Below, piece by piece: positions 49,650 through 58,053 of a DNA stretch of 64,000 nt. Location of the stretch: contig JBMOPW010000036.1 in assembly GCA_049322915.1 (NCBI GenBank), positions 120,431 through 184,430 of the forward strand. Reading direction: 5' to 3'. This DNA comes from Candidatus Zhuqueibacterota bacterium (lineage in GTDB: Bacteria; Zhuqueibacterota; Zhuqueibacteria; Thermofontimicrobiales; Thermofontimicrobiaceae). The notes beneath the pieces were generated by a model. That model saw only the letters and a program-made list of their open reading frames with translations, did no database searches and had not been told where the DNA came from. Every line of letters begins with the position of its first letter. The first letter of the stretch is position 1. The position numbers and the translations under genes are program-made.

Positions 49650-50396
49650 TCAAATTTGATTTCTCTCTGCTCTGTTCAACCATCGATCCATTTTTGCATT
49701 GATCGAACTGCGCCCCTGAACCAGTGGAACGGATTTCTCCCGCCGCTGAATGTTGTGCTCCAACTCCGCCAGTAAATCCGTTTCCACCTTCTCAAGCCAG
49801 CTCACCCCGGCGAACGACGCCGGCGTCACCGGCAATGGCTCGCCAAACTGGAAATAAACGTCAGGGCGTTGCTCCAGCCCGAATTCCGCTCGCATGGCCA
49901 GCGGCAATAGCGTGATCGGTTTGCCGAATTGCCGGATGATGGATTCGATGCCGGTTTGAAAATGCAACGGCCGCGCAGCCCACGGCAGCAAATGTCCCTG
50001 GGGAAACATGCAGATGAGCACGTTATCTTTTTTCAGCAAATCGACCGCGTACCCCAGCGATTCCCGGACATTGTCTCTGTCGCCGGGCGTGATGCCGAAC
50101 GCACCGACCCGGGCGAAAAATGAGTATTTTTTCAATTGGCTGTCCAGCATCATCAGGTATAAATCGCGCTTCAGAATTTTCTCGTTCAGTAAATAGACGA
50201 AGAATCCGTCCCACCAGGTGCTGTGATTGGGAACGAGCAGCACCGGCGCATCGGATTGCGGTCGCGGCGCCGGCCCGAAGAGATGGAACTGGTGGAAACT
50301 CTTTTCCAATAGCCGCATCACGTAGACATGAAAGACCGCTTTTGCCCAGACTGATTTGCGTGATTTAATCATCGTCAGTTTTTCGTCCCTGTTCAC
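49650..50396 (-). CDS. PlsC-family acyltransferase (carotenoid glycoside acyltransferase-like)
   Basis: NHSTWWDG and FPQG motifs; lies inside the crt operon. Confidence 0.85.
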   Translation of the reverse strand: MNRDEKLTMIKSRKSVWAKAVFHVYVMRLLEKSFHQFHLFGPAPRPQSDAPVLLVPNHSTWWDGFFVYLLNEKILKRDLYLMMLDSQLKKYSFFARVGAFGITPGDRDNVRESLGYAVDLLKKDNVLICMFPQGHLLPWAARPLHFQTGIESIIRQFGKPITLLPLAMRAEFGLEQRPDVYFQFGEPLPVTPASFAGVSWLEKVETDLLAELEHNIQRREKSVPLVQGRSSINAKMDRWLNRAERNQI

Positions 50397-50407
50397 AATT
50401 CTGAAAG

Positions 50408-51346
50408 TTAAATGACCTTTTCCCCAATAAGCTGAACAGAGCTTTTGCGGAAGCGTCCGTTCAAATGGCTCAGTTTGGAGAGCGCGATTTCTTTGATTAA
50501 AATCTTCATCTTTTGAGAGAACGGGACAAAGACTCTCCCCAAAAATGGATTATACCCTTTGGCTTCCAGCTTCGTCAGAATGCCCTGATAGATTTTGCTG
50601 GCGGCGTAGATCGCAAATTGGGCGTCTGCGTTGAGCATGGCAATGCCCTTGTTTGCCTCGCGGTAGTATTGATTCGCCCGGTCAATTTGAAATTTCATGA
50701 ACCGCTGGAAGTTTTCATTGAAATTCTCGTTGATCACATCATCATCGCTGAGGCCGAACTGACGCAGCTCCTCCTGGGGCAAATAGATGCGTCCCATCTC
50801 CTTGTCCTCTTTTATGTCCCGCAGAATATTGGTGAGCTGCATGGCCACGCCGAGCTTCTCCGCGTAGATGAAAGCGTCTTTATCTTTGTAGCCCATCACG
50901 TGCGTCATCATCAGTCCGACGACGCTGGCCACGCGGTAGCAGAAGACATAGAGATCGTCGAACGTCTCGTAGCGCGATACTTCGATATCCATCTGCACAC
51001 CCTTCAACAGATCCAGCGGGTAATCGATGGGGATGTTATACTTTTTGGCCACGTAAATGAAGGGCTTCAAAATAGGGTGTTCGGACTCGCAGTTGCGATA
51101 GGCCAGATTCAGTTCCCGCGTGAAGCACGCAACCTCATGGACGAGCTGCGGTTTGGGCCTGTTTCTGGGGCTATCGATTAAATTATCCGCAAAGCGGCAG
51201 AAGCCGTAGAGGGCGTAGGTCGCCCAGCGCCGCTCTTCCGGCAAGAATCGGGCGGAGAAGTAAAAGCTCTTGGCCCAATGCGCGGTGAGCATTTTTACAT
51301 GCTTAAAAGATGCTCTATATTCTTTCTGTTTCCAATATTTCATCAT
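50408..51346 (-). CDS. crtB: Phytoene/squalene synthase
   Basis: KSFYF, YGFCRFADNLID, YCYRVA-like motif, QLTNILRDIKED, GRIYLP. Confidence 0.93.
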   Translation of the reverse strand: MMKYWKQKEYRASFKHVKMLTAHWAKSFYFSARFLPEERRWATYALYGFCRFADNLIDSPRNRPKPQLVHEVACFTRELNLAYRNCESEHPILKPFIYVAKKYNIPIDYPLDLLKGVQMDIEVSRYETFDDLYVFCYRVASVVGLMMTHVMGYKDKDAFIYAEKLGVAMQLTNILRDIKEDKEMGRIYLPQEELRQFGLSDDDVINENFNENFQRFMKFQIDRANQYYREANKGIAMLNADAQFAIYAASKIYQGILTKLEAKGYNPFLGRVFVPFSQKMKILIKEIALSKLSHLNGRFRKSSVQLIGEKVI

Positions 51347-51370
51347 TCATTCCTTCAAATAGATGATCAA

Positions 51371-52864
51371 TTATGGAGCGATGTCGAAGTCCTTCAGGAT
51401 GGCGTTCTCCGTTGCTTCGGCGGTCAGCATCACCCCGGGAATTCCGGCGCCGGGATGGGTACTGGCGCCAACCAGGTAAAATCGGTCCACATCCTCGCTT
51501 TTGTTGCGGGGACGCAAGGTCGCCGTCTGGGTGACTTTTGGCTCGAGGCCCCAGGCGCTGCCCAGGTGATTATTGCAATGGGCAGCGAAATCCTCCGGCG
51601 TGAAAAATTTGAGCAGGTCGATGTTCGCTCGTAAGTCGCGCAGACCGAAATCCTGCTCCAAAAAGTTGATGATTTTATCGGCAAATGGCCGGGCGGTCTC
51701 CTGCCAATTGATGCGAGCCGCCAGATTGGGCACCGGCACCAGCACGTAAAGGCTCTCGTGTCCCTTTGGCGCCATGGTGTCATCGGTCCGGGTGGGCGCG
51801 TGACAATACATGGAGAAATCATCCGCCAGTATTTTGCGCTCGAAAATGTCAAAGATGAGTTCTTTGTAACGCTTGGCAATGATCAGGGTATGATGCCGCA
51901 AGTCTGGGTACTGCTTTTTCAAGCCCAGGTACAGCATAAATGCGCTCATGGAATAGGCCATATTGTCCACTTTGCGATCGCTCCATTTGCGCCGATTTTC
52001 TTTGGGAATTAAATCCTTATACGTATGAGCAAAATGGGCATTGGAAACGACGCCATCGGCCGCGTAGAATAATGTCTCGTTGGCGAAAACGCCGGTGGCT
52101 TTCCCGTTTTCAACGGCGATACGGGTGACCTCGGAGAGCGTTTTTATTTCTCCGCCAATTTCCAGGAATAATTTTTCCAGCGCCTGAACCAGGCTGTACA
52201 TCCCGCCCTTCGTGTACCAGATGCCGCCGATTTTTTCCAGATACGGAATCATGAGATACACGGCGGAAGCGCGAAACGGATTCCCGCCGATGAACAACGG
52301 GTTGAACGAAAATACAAATCGGTTGCGCGGGTCTTTGAAATAATTGCTCACCACGTGATACGCCGGCGCCGGGACTTTGAGCTTCAGGGCTTTTGGCGCG
52401 AACTGCATCAGCGTTTTCCAGTCGAAAGGACGCGAACCCAGCCCTTTGACAATCACTTCTTCATAAATTTGGCGGGTGTAATTCATGAAGGTATCATAGT
52501 TTTCGGCGTCGTGCTTGTTGAATTTGCCCATCTGGGCTTTCATTTTGTCCGTGTCTCCGGTGTAATCGATGAACGATTTATCATTGAAATAAATACGATA
52601 GTACGGATTCAGTGGGATCAATTCCAGATAGTCATCCATATTTCGCCCGGCCGCGGTGAAAATGCGCCGGATGAGATCAGGGATTGTGATGAGCGACGGT
52701 CCCAGATCAAAGGTATAGCCATCCTGTTTGAATTGATAGGCGTGCCCGCCGACTTTTTCATTTTTTTCGTGTATGGTAACCTGGAAACCCCGCGCCTGAA
52801 GCCGAATTGCCAGAGAGAGACCGCCAAATCCGGAGCCAATCACTATCATCTTTTTCATTTTCAT
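51371..52864 (-). CDS. crtI: Phytoene desaturase family protein (second copy)
   Basis: IGSGFGG, FDLGPS, YLVGASTHPGAGIPG. Confidence 0.88.
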   Translation of the reverse strand: MKMKKMIVIGSGFGGLSLAIRLQARGFQVTIHEKNEKVGGHAYQFKQDGYTFDLGPSLITIPDLIRRIFTAAGRNMDDYLELIPLNPYYRIYFNDKSFIDYTGDTDKMKAQMGKFNKHDAENYDTFMNYTRQIYEEVIVKGLGSRPFDWKTLMQFAPKALKLKVPAPAYHVVSNYFKDPRNRFVFSFNPLFIGGNPFRASAVYLMIPYLEKIGGIWYTKGGMYSLVQALEKLFLEIGGEIKTLSEVTRIAVENGKATGVFANETLFYAADGVVSNAHFAHTYKDLIPKENRRKWSDRKVDNMAYSMSAFMLYLGLKKQYPDLRHHTLIIAKRYKELIFDIFERKILADDFSMYCHAPTRTDDTMAPKGHESLYVLVPVPNLAARINWQETARPFADKIINFLEQDFGLRDLRANIDLLKFFTPEDFAAHCNNHLGSAWGLEPKVTQTATLRPRNKSEDVDRFYLVGASTHPGAGIPGVMLTAEATENAILKDFDIAP

Positions 52865-52923
52865 CTTTCCTTTTCTATGTTCAAATTGGGCTAAGTGTTG
52901 AACTGCGCGTTCAACCGGTCACA

Positions 52924-54402
52924 TCATTTGTTTCGTTCCATCAAAAGCTCAGCGCCCATCTTCCCGGACAGAACAGTCAGCGGAACGCCGCCGCCGGGGT
53001 GCGTGGAGCCGCCGGCAAAGTAGAGTCCCTTCAAACTGCGATCGCGGTTCGCCGGCCGCCGGAATGCCGTGGTTCTATCATTCGAAGAAATCCCGTAAAT
53101 GCTCCCCCTGTTGCTTCCGTATCGCTGATAAAAATCTTCCGGAGTGAGCACGTTTTCCGTCAGGATGCCGGAAGCAATATCGATTTTCAGCCGCTTCAAT
53201 TTTTCCAAAACTATATGCTTCGTTCGCTCAACCTGCCTGGTCCAATCTGTATTTTCAGAGAGATATGGGGCATTGACCAGAACGAACCAGTTTTCGCAAT
53301 TGGCCGGCGCATGGTGTGCATCGGTTATGCTCGTGATGGTGATATAAATTGTCGGATCATCCGGCATGGTTTTTTTTTCGAAAATCTGCCCGAACTCCGT
53401 CTCATAGTCATCAGAGAAAATGATATTGTGCTGCGCCAGTCCGGGATGATTTCCGCTCACGCCCCACAGAAAGACGAGGCCGGAGAGCGACGGCTCCACT
53501 TTGTTCAGCCTGTCACGGCGAGCGGGAAACCCATCGATCAGGTGATTGAAGGTTGTCACCACATCCGAATTGGCGACTACGTTTCGGGCGGCGATTGTTT
53601 CGCCGTTGACGACCACACCGCGCACCTGATGCGTGTCGTGCAGAATTTTTTCCACCGGCGTTTCCCCGAAAAATTGAACGCCCAATTTTTCGGCAATGGC
53701 CGTCAGGCTCTCCACCAGCGTATAAATTCCGCTTTTAATATAGAAGCTTCCCATACCATATTCCACGTAGGGAATGATATTCAACGTGGCCGGCGCCTGA
53801 AACGGATTTGACCCGTTGTACGTGGCGTACCGATCAAATAACTGGACTATTTTCGGATGCATGAAAAATCGCGTCACTCCCTGGTGCACCGTGCGAAACG
53901 GATCGATGCGATGCACCTGAAATAGCCTGACCAGCGTGTTCAGCCTGGCAATTTTCGAAAACTCATGGATCGGCGAGTATAAAAAGATGTCCGCCGTGAT
54001 GTCGTAAATCGTTTTGGAATAGCTCAAAAATCGCCGGTAGTTCTGCGCGTCGCCTGGAGAAATTTTCGCCAGTTCCGCTCGCATCGTCAGTTCATCCGAG
54101 GACGCATCCAGTACCGTCCCATCCGACCAGAAGTAACGGCAAATGGGGTCGATGGGAACGAATTGGAAGTAGTCGTCCCGATTTTCGTCCACATCAGCGA
54201 ACAGTTCGTCGATGACGAACGGCAGTGTGATGAGCGACGGGCCGGTATCGAAGCGGAATCCGCGGTGTTTCCACTGATTCATTTTCCCGCCGAGACTGGA
54301 GTTCCGTTCGAACAGCGAGACATGATATTTTTCACGAGCCAGTCGAATGGCCGCGCTCAAACCACCAATACCGCCGCCGATGACAACCACGTTTTTATCC
54401 AC
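52924..54402 (-). CDS. CrtI-family desaturase/oxidase (CrtP/CrtD-like branch)
   Basis: IGGGIGG, FDTGPS, DRYATYNGS.P, DPTIY, ENWFV, FAGGSTHPGGGVP; probable GTG start overlapping the cyclase stop. Confidence 0.85.
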   Translation of the reverse strand: MDKNVVVIGGGIGGLSAAIRLAREKYHVSLFERNSSLGGKMNQWKHRGFRFDTGPSLITLPFVIDELFADVDENRDDYFQFVPIDPICRYFWSDGTVLDASSDELTMRAELAKISPGDAQNYRRFLSYSKTIYDITADIFLYSPIHEFSKIARLNTLVRLFQVHRIDPFRTVHQGVTRFFMHPKIVQLFDRYATYNGSNPFQAPATLNIIPYVEYGMGSFYIKSGIYTLVESLTAIAEKLGVQFFGETPVEKILHDTHQVRGVVVNGETIAARNVVANSDVVTTFNHLIDGFPARRDRLNKVEPSLSGLVFLWGVSGNHPGLAQHNIIFSDDYETEFGQIFEKKTMPDDPTIYITITSITDAHHAPANCENWFVLVNAPYLSENTDWTRQVERTKHIVLEKLKRLKIDIASGILTENVLTPEDFYQRYGSNRGSIYGISSNDRTTAFRRPANRDRSLKGLYFAGGSTHPGGGVPLTVLSGKMGAELLMERNK

Positions 54403-55072
54403 GTCGCCCCCGCTTGAATTTTTCATACAGCATCGTGCTCATTAAAATCATTGCCAGGCCAAAGCCAAAATCCTCGATTGGAATGGTGAGAATCCGGGCG
54501 CCGCTGATGAAGGATTCGTTGTATTGAATCACCGGTCGCCAGGTCAGGTACCCATTGAAGATCAGCATGAAACCCATCGAAATGGCGATCAATTGATAGA
54601 CGCGAAGCTGGCCAAACAGTTTCGTCTTCAGCAAATCATCCAGCACGCCCACGAAGCCCAGCGCCACAATGACGAGCCCGGTATATTCTTTGCCGGTAGA
54701 ATAAATGAAGATTCCCAATGGAATGCCTGCCATGAGCAGAAAGCGCAGGCCATTCAATCGCCGGAGCTCCCGATTTTTGAAATAGGCGGCAAAGACCTCC
54801 CAGACGAACAGACACGCATACGGGATGACAATGAAAAAAAGCCATTCCTCTATCGGCAGACCGGCGATGCGAGGTTTCAGCGTGAAGTCAGGATTGAACC
54901 ACCAATGCCGTCCGGCGACCAGCGAATCCCATGCGCCGAAAATGATCAGCGTCGGCAGAATGGCGCGAGCGACCCCGGGCCATTTCCCGACGAAGTGGAC
55001 GCGTTTATCGAAGCTGAGCGCCAGTGGTCCGATGATGACAGCCAGAGTGAATATCAAGTATTCTGCGTTCAT
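54395..55072 (-). CDS. Lycopene cyclase domain membrane protein (two-repeat CrtYc/d type)
   Basis: GLPIEEWLFF and TIPIEDFGF repeats; hydrophobic. Confidence 0.88.
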   Translation of the reverse strand: MNAEYLIFTLAVIIGPLALSFDKRVHFVGKWPGVARAILPTLIIFGAWDSLVAGRHWWFNPDFTLKPRIAGLPIEEWLFFIVIPYACLFVWEVFAAYFKNRELRRLNGLRFLLMAGIPLGIFIYSTGKEYTGLVIVALGFVGVLDDLLKTKLFGQLRVYQLIAISMGFMLIFNGYLTWRPVIQYNESFISGARILTIPIEDFGFGLAMILMSTMLYEKFKRGRRG

Positions 55073-55671
55073 TGCACCTGCCCGATTTTTGATTGAGTCG
55101 ACGTGCGAGCCATAATATCTTTTTGCGCTGTTGCCAGAATTTCTTTTTCCGCATCGGAGAGCGTAGTATTTTGTTCGACGAAATCGATCACATTGTTCAG
55201 AAGCGCCGCATCGTACGCCCCATTTTCAGTCGGGAGCAACTCGACGATCCGTCTCAATTTTTCCTGCGCGTCCTCGCTGCGATTGAAAAAGAACGGCAGG
55301 AAAAAACAGGTGGAGCCGTGAATGAACAACGACTCGATGTCATCCGGATTCATTGCAACGCCCCTGTCCATCAGCGCCAGCCCGTTTTTCACCCACTTTA
55401 GTTTGTTCTGCGGAAGCAAGGCATGCTTTCCTTTGAGCGCGGTGAGCGCTCCGATATAGGTCAAAGAGCGCCCGGCCAGCGTCGAGTCCTGTTCATTTAT
55501 CTGCTGGAATAATTTCAACGCCGGATCTATATTGCGCTCCTCCTCGACAGACTGATAGAACAGAAGTCGCGCCTGCTCCAGACTGGGATCTGCGCCCTGC
55601 GTTACTCCGGCCGAAACAGTCACAAAGGGGATCCAGCCCAATAAAAATAAGATGACGCAATTCTTTTTCAT
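55069..55671 (-). CDS. Secreted helical (TPR-like) hypothetical protein, first gene of the crt operon
   Basis: Signal peptide from MKKNC; LPFFFNR; the upstream TTG start lies inside the promoter. Confidence 0.75.
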   Translation of the reverse strand: MKKNCVILFLLGWIPFVTVSAGVTQGADPSLEQARLLFYQSVEEERNIDPALKLFQQINEQDSTLAGRSLTYIGALTALKGKHALLPQNKLKWVKNGLALMDRGVAMNPDDIESLFIHGSTCFFLPFFFNRSEDAQEKLRRIVELLPTENGAYDAALLNNVIDFVEQNTTLSDAEKEILATAQKDIMARTSTQSKIGQVQ

Positions 55672-55729
55672 TCCTGGTCTTTCATGTATGATTCCAGTTG
55701 AATAATCAATTAAGCGATTTGAGCGGTAT

Positions 55730-55835
55730 AATATACAATTTGAATTCCTAAAAGTCAAGTAAAATTTTGTTTCAGAGAAATAAAAAGCTCATATCGCTTA
55801 TTCCGCTTGACTTTTAAAAAAAGAATCTGTATATT
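55730..55835. promoter_or_regulatory. Back-to-back divergent sigma70 promoters
   Basis: TTGACT-N17-TATATT on the minus strand (55758-55730) and on the plus strand (55807-55835). Confidence 0.75.
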
Positions 55836-55994
55836 AGGCCTGACATGAAATGACAAATGAGTGTGGTACGTCAGCCCTGTTCATGGGAATAAGAGTGTCT
55901 TCCATAATAATAGTAAACAATGATACCCTCTCACCAGAGTCTGGGTGCGTGGGCAATGAGCATCAATACCATGAGTCAATGGGAGAAAGAAGAA

Positions 55995-56945
55995 ATGAAC
56001 GATCGTCCCAAAATCGGAATCAGCACCTGTCTGCTTGGCAAAAACGTTCGATACGATGGCGGCCATAAATTAGACCGCTTTCTGCGGGATGTGGTGGGCG
56101 CGTTTGTCGATTGGGCGCCGGTCTGTCCCGAGGTTGAATGTGGCATGCCAATTCCGCGGGAGTCGCTTCGACTGGTGGGCGACGCGGAGAATCCCCGGCT
56201 GGTGACTACACGGACAGGCATGGACAAGACCGATCAAATGTTGACCTGGGCCAGGGAACGTTTGCAACAGTTGGACCAGGAAAATCTTTGCGGGTATATT
56301 TTCAAGTCCAAATCGCCCAGCTCCGGCATGCGCGGCATCAAAGTCTACGACAGCAACAATATCCCCTCGCCGCGAGGTGTGGGGATTTTCGCGCGGGCAT
56401 TTATGGAAAGGTTCCCCAATATGCCGGTGGAGGATGAGGGACGTTTGAACGATGCAGCATTGCGGGAGAACTTCATCGAACGGATATTCGTGTACAAACG
56501 CTGGAAAAGCTTCATTGAACAGGATGGTTCCCCGAAAGGTCTGGTCGATTTTCACACCGATCATAAATTGCTCTTCATGTCTCACAGCCCGACGCTGCTG
56601 CGGGAATTAGGCGGGCTCGTGGCCGGAGTGAAGGACATGGAAAAATCAGGGCTGTTGGATGTCTACTCGACGACAATGATGAAAGCGCTGAAACTGCTCG
56701 CGACCGTCAAGAAGAATGTGAATGTCTTGCAGCATATTCTCGGCTATTTCAAAAAGCAGCTCCAGCCGGATGAAAAACAGGAGATGCTGACGGTCATTGA
56801 TAACTATCACCGTGGGTACATCCCGCTCATTGTCCCGATTACCCTGCTCAACCATTTCACAAAAAAATTTGACGTCGACTATCTGAAACGTCAGGTTTAC
56901 CTCAATCCTCACCCGATTGAGTTGATGCTGAGAAATCACGTGTAA
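55995..56945 (+). CDS. DUF523/DUF1722 (YbgA-family) protein
   Basis: IGISTCLLGKNVRYDGGH, VCPEV, KSPSSG, EDEGRL, FH..HK, HILGYFKK, YLNPHP. Confidence 0.92.
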   Translation: MNDRPKIGISTCLLGKNVRYDGGHKLDRFLRDVVGAFVDWAPVCPEVECGMPIPRESLRLVGDAENPRLVTTRTGMDKTDQMLTWARERLQQLDQENLCGYIFKSKSPSSGMRGIKVYDSNNIPSPRGVGIFARAFMERFPNMPVEDEGRLNDAALRENFIERIFVYKRWKSFIEQDGSPKGLVDFHTDHKLLFMSHSPTLLRELGGLVAGVKDMEKSGLLDVYSTTMMKALKLLATVKKNVNVLQHILGYFKKQLQPDEKQEMLTVIDNYHRGYIPLIVPITLLNHFTKKFDVDYLKRQVYLNPHPIELMLRNHV

Positions 56946-57023
56946 TGAAGAGCAAAACGAATAAACTCTTGGCGCATACCTGTATTTGCACCGGATTCAT
57001 ATTACTATTTTTCGGAGATTGAA

Positions 57024-57941
57024 ATGCAGCCAAACATGCAATATTTTAACAGTATTGAAGCAGCAAAAGTATTAAATGTCAATGTCTCGACCATCAAGCG
57101 CTGGACTCAGGAGGGGAAACTCAAGTGCGTCAAGACGCCCGGGGGGCATCGAAAATTCACCATGCAGCATTTGGCCGAATTTCTGGAGTCGAACAAGACA
57201 CAGATATCCAAAGCCAATTTATACCCGGCTGAAAATGAAGATGACCTGAACATCAGTTCTCATGTGTTGAAGCGGGATTATGAATTTTTAATTCAACACA
57301 CGCTTGAGCAAGCATTGCAAAGTAACCGGGAGAATGTCCAGCGCATTTTGAACGGCCTTTACATGGGGCAAATTCCCCTGTATGAAATTTATGATAAACT
57401 GGTGACGCCGGTGATGCATCGGGTGGGCGATTTATGGGCGAGCGGAACCATTGGTGTGACCGAGGAACATTTCTCCACGCAGACAATCCGCGATTGCCTG
57501 ATCCGGTTGCAGGGCTCCTTGCAACTGCCATCAGGGGAAAATGGCCGCGCGTTTTGCCTCATCATGTCCTCGGAGCTTCACGATATCGCGTTGAAAATGG
57601 TCGACCACATTCTCGAACTGCGCGGCGTTAAAGTGTATTTCAGCGGCCAGATGACGCCGTCGATTAAAATTGAACGGGTCTTTCAAAGGTATCGGCCGGA
57701 TCGCGTTTACATTTCCAGCACCATTGTCGAAAACCAGAACCTGGCCCAGGCGGAATTCGATAAGATTTGCTACATCAGCGCCGAGTACCATGCCCGCGTG
57801 TATGTGGGCGGACAGGGCTTCGATGTCCTGGATTACTCCCACCCGGCTGTCGCGAAGAGACTGAACAATTACGAGGATTTGTTTTTGAGCTGCGAGGAGA
57901 AGGCATTGGAAGGTCGGCGCGATGAGGCTCTTGTCGAATAA
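57024..57941 (+). CDS. CarH/LitR-like B12-binding HTH transcriptional regulator
   Basis: N-terminal HTH (EAAKVLNV..STIKRW..G..KTPGGHRKF), VGDLW...EEH, ELHDIAL, VYVGGQ. Confidence 0.85.
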   Translation: MQPNMQYFNSIEAAKVLNVNVSTIKRWTQEGKLKCVKTPGGHRKFTMQHLAEFLESNKTQISKANLYPAENEDDLNISSHVLKRDYEFLIQHTLEQALQSNRENVQRILNGLYMGQIPLYEIYDKLVTPVMHRVGDLWASGTIGVTEEHFSTQTIRDCLIRLQGSLQLPSGENGRAFCLIMSSELHDIALKMVDHILELRGVKVYFSGQMTPSIKIERVFQRYRPDRVYISSTIVENQNLAQAEFDKICYISAEYHARVYVGGQGFDVLDYSHPAVAKRLNNYEDLFLSCEEKALEGRRDEALVE

Positions 57942-58053
57942 TTGCTAACGATGGCAATCATCAGGAACCATCTGCGTTCCCCTCTGATGCGAGAGAAAAA
58001 TTTGAAAAGTTTGTTGAACGCTATTGAATCGAAAATAAGAGAAAGGTAAGAGT

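Noticed and set aside
52807..53811. Long antisense ORFs (also 19018-19710, 44316-45176, 46031-46855, 58021-58851, 61055-62107)
   Set aside because: Shadow frames opposite well-supported genes, with no motifs.
57942..58053. Cobalamin riboswitch before the TonB receptor
   Set aside because: The spacer is short and I could not see B12-box motifs; the same holds upstream of 43562.
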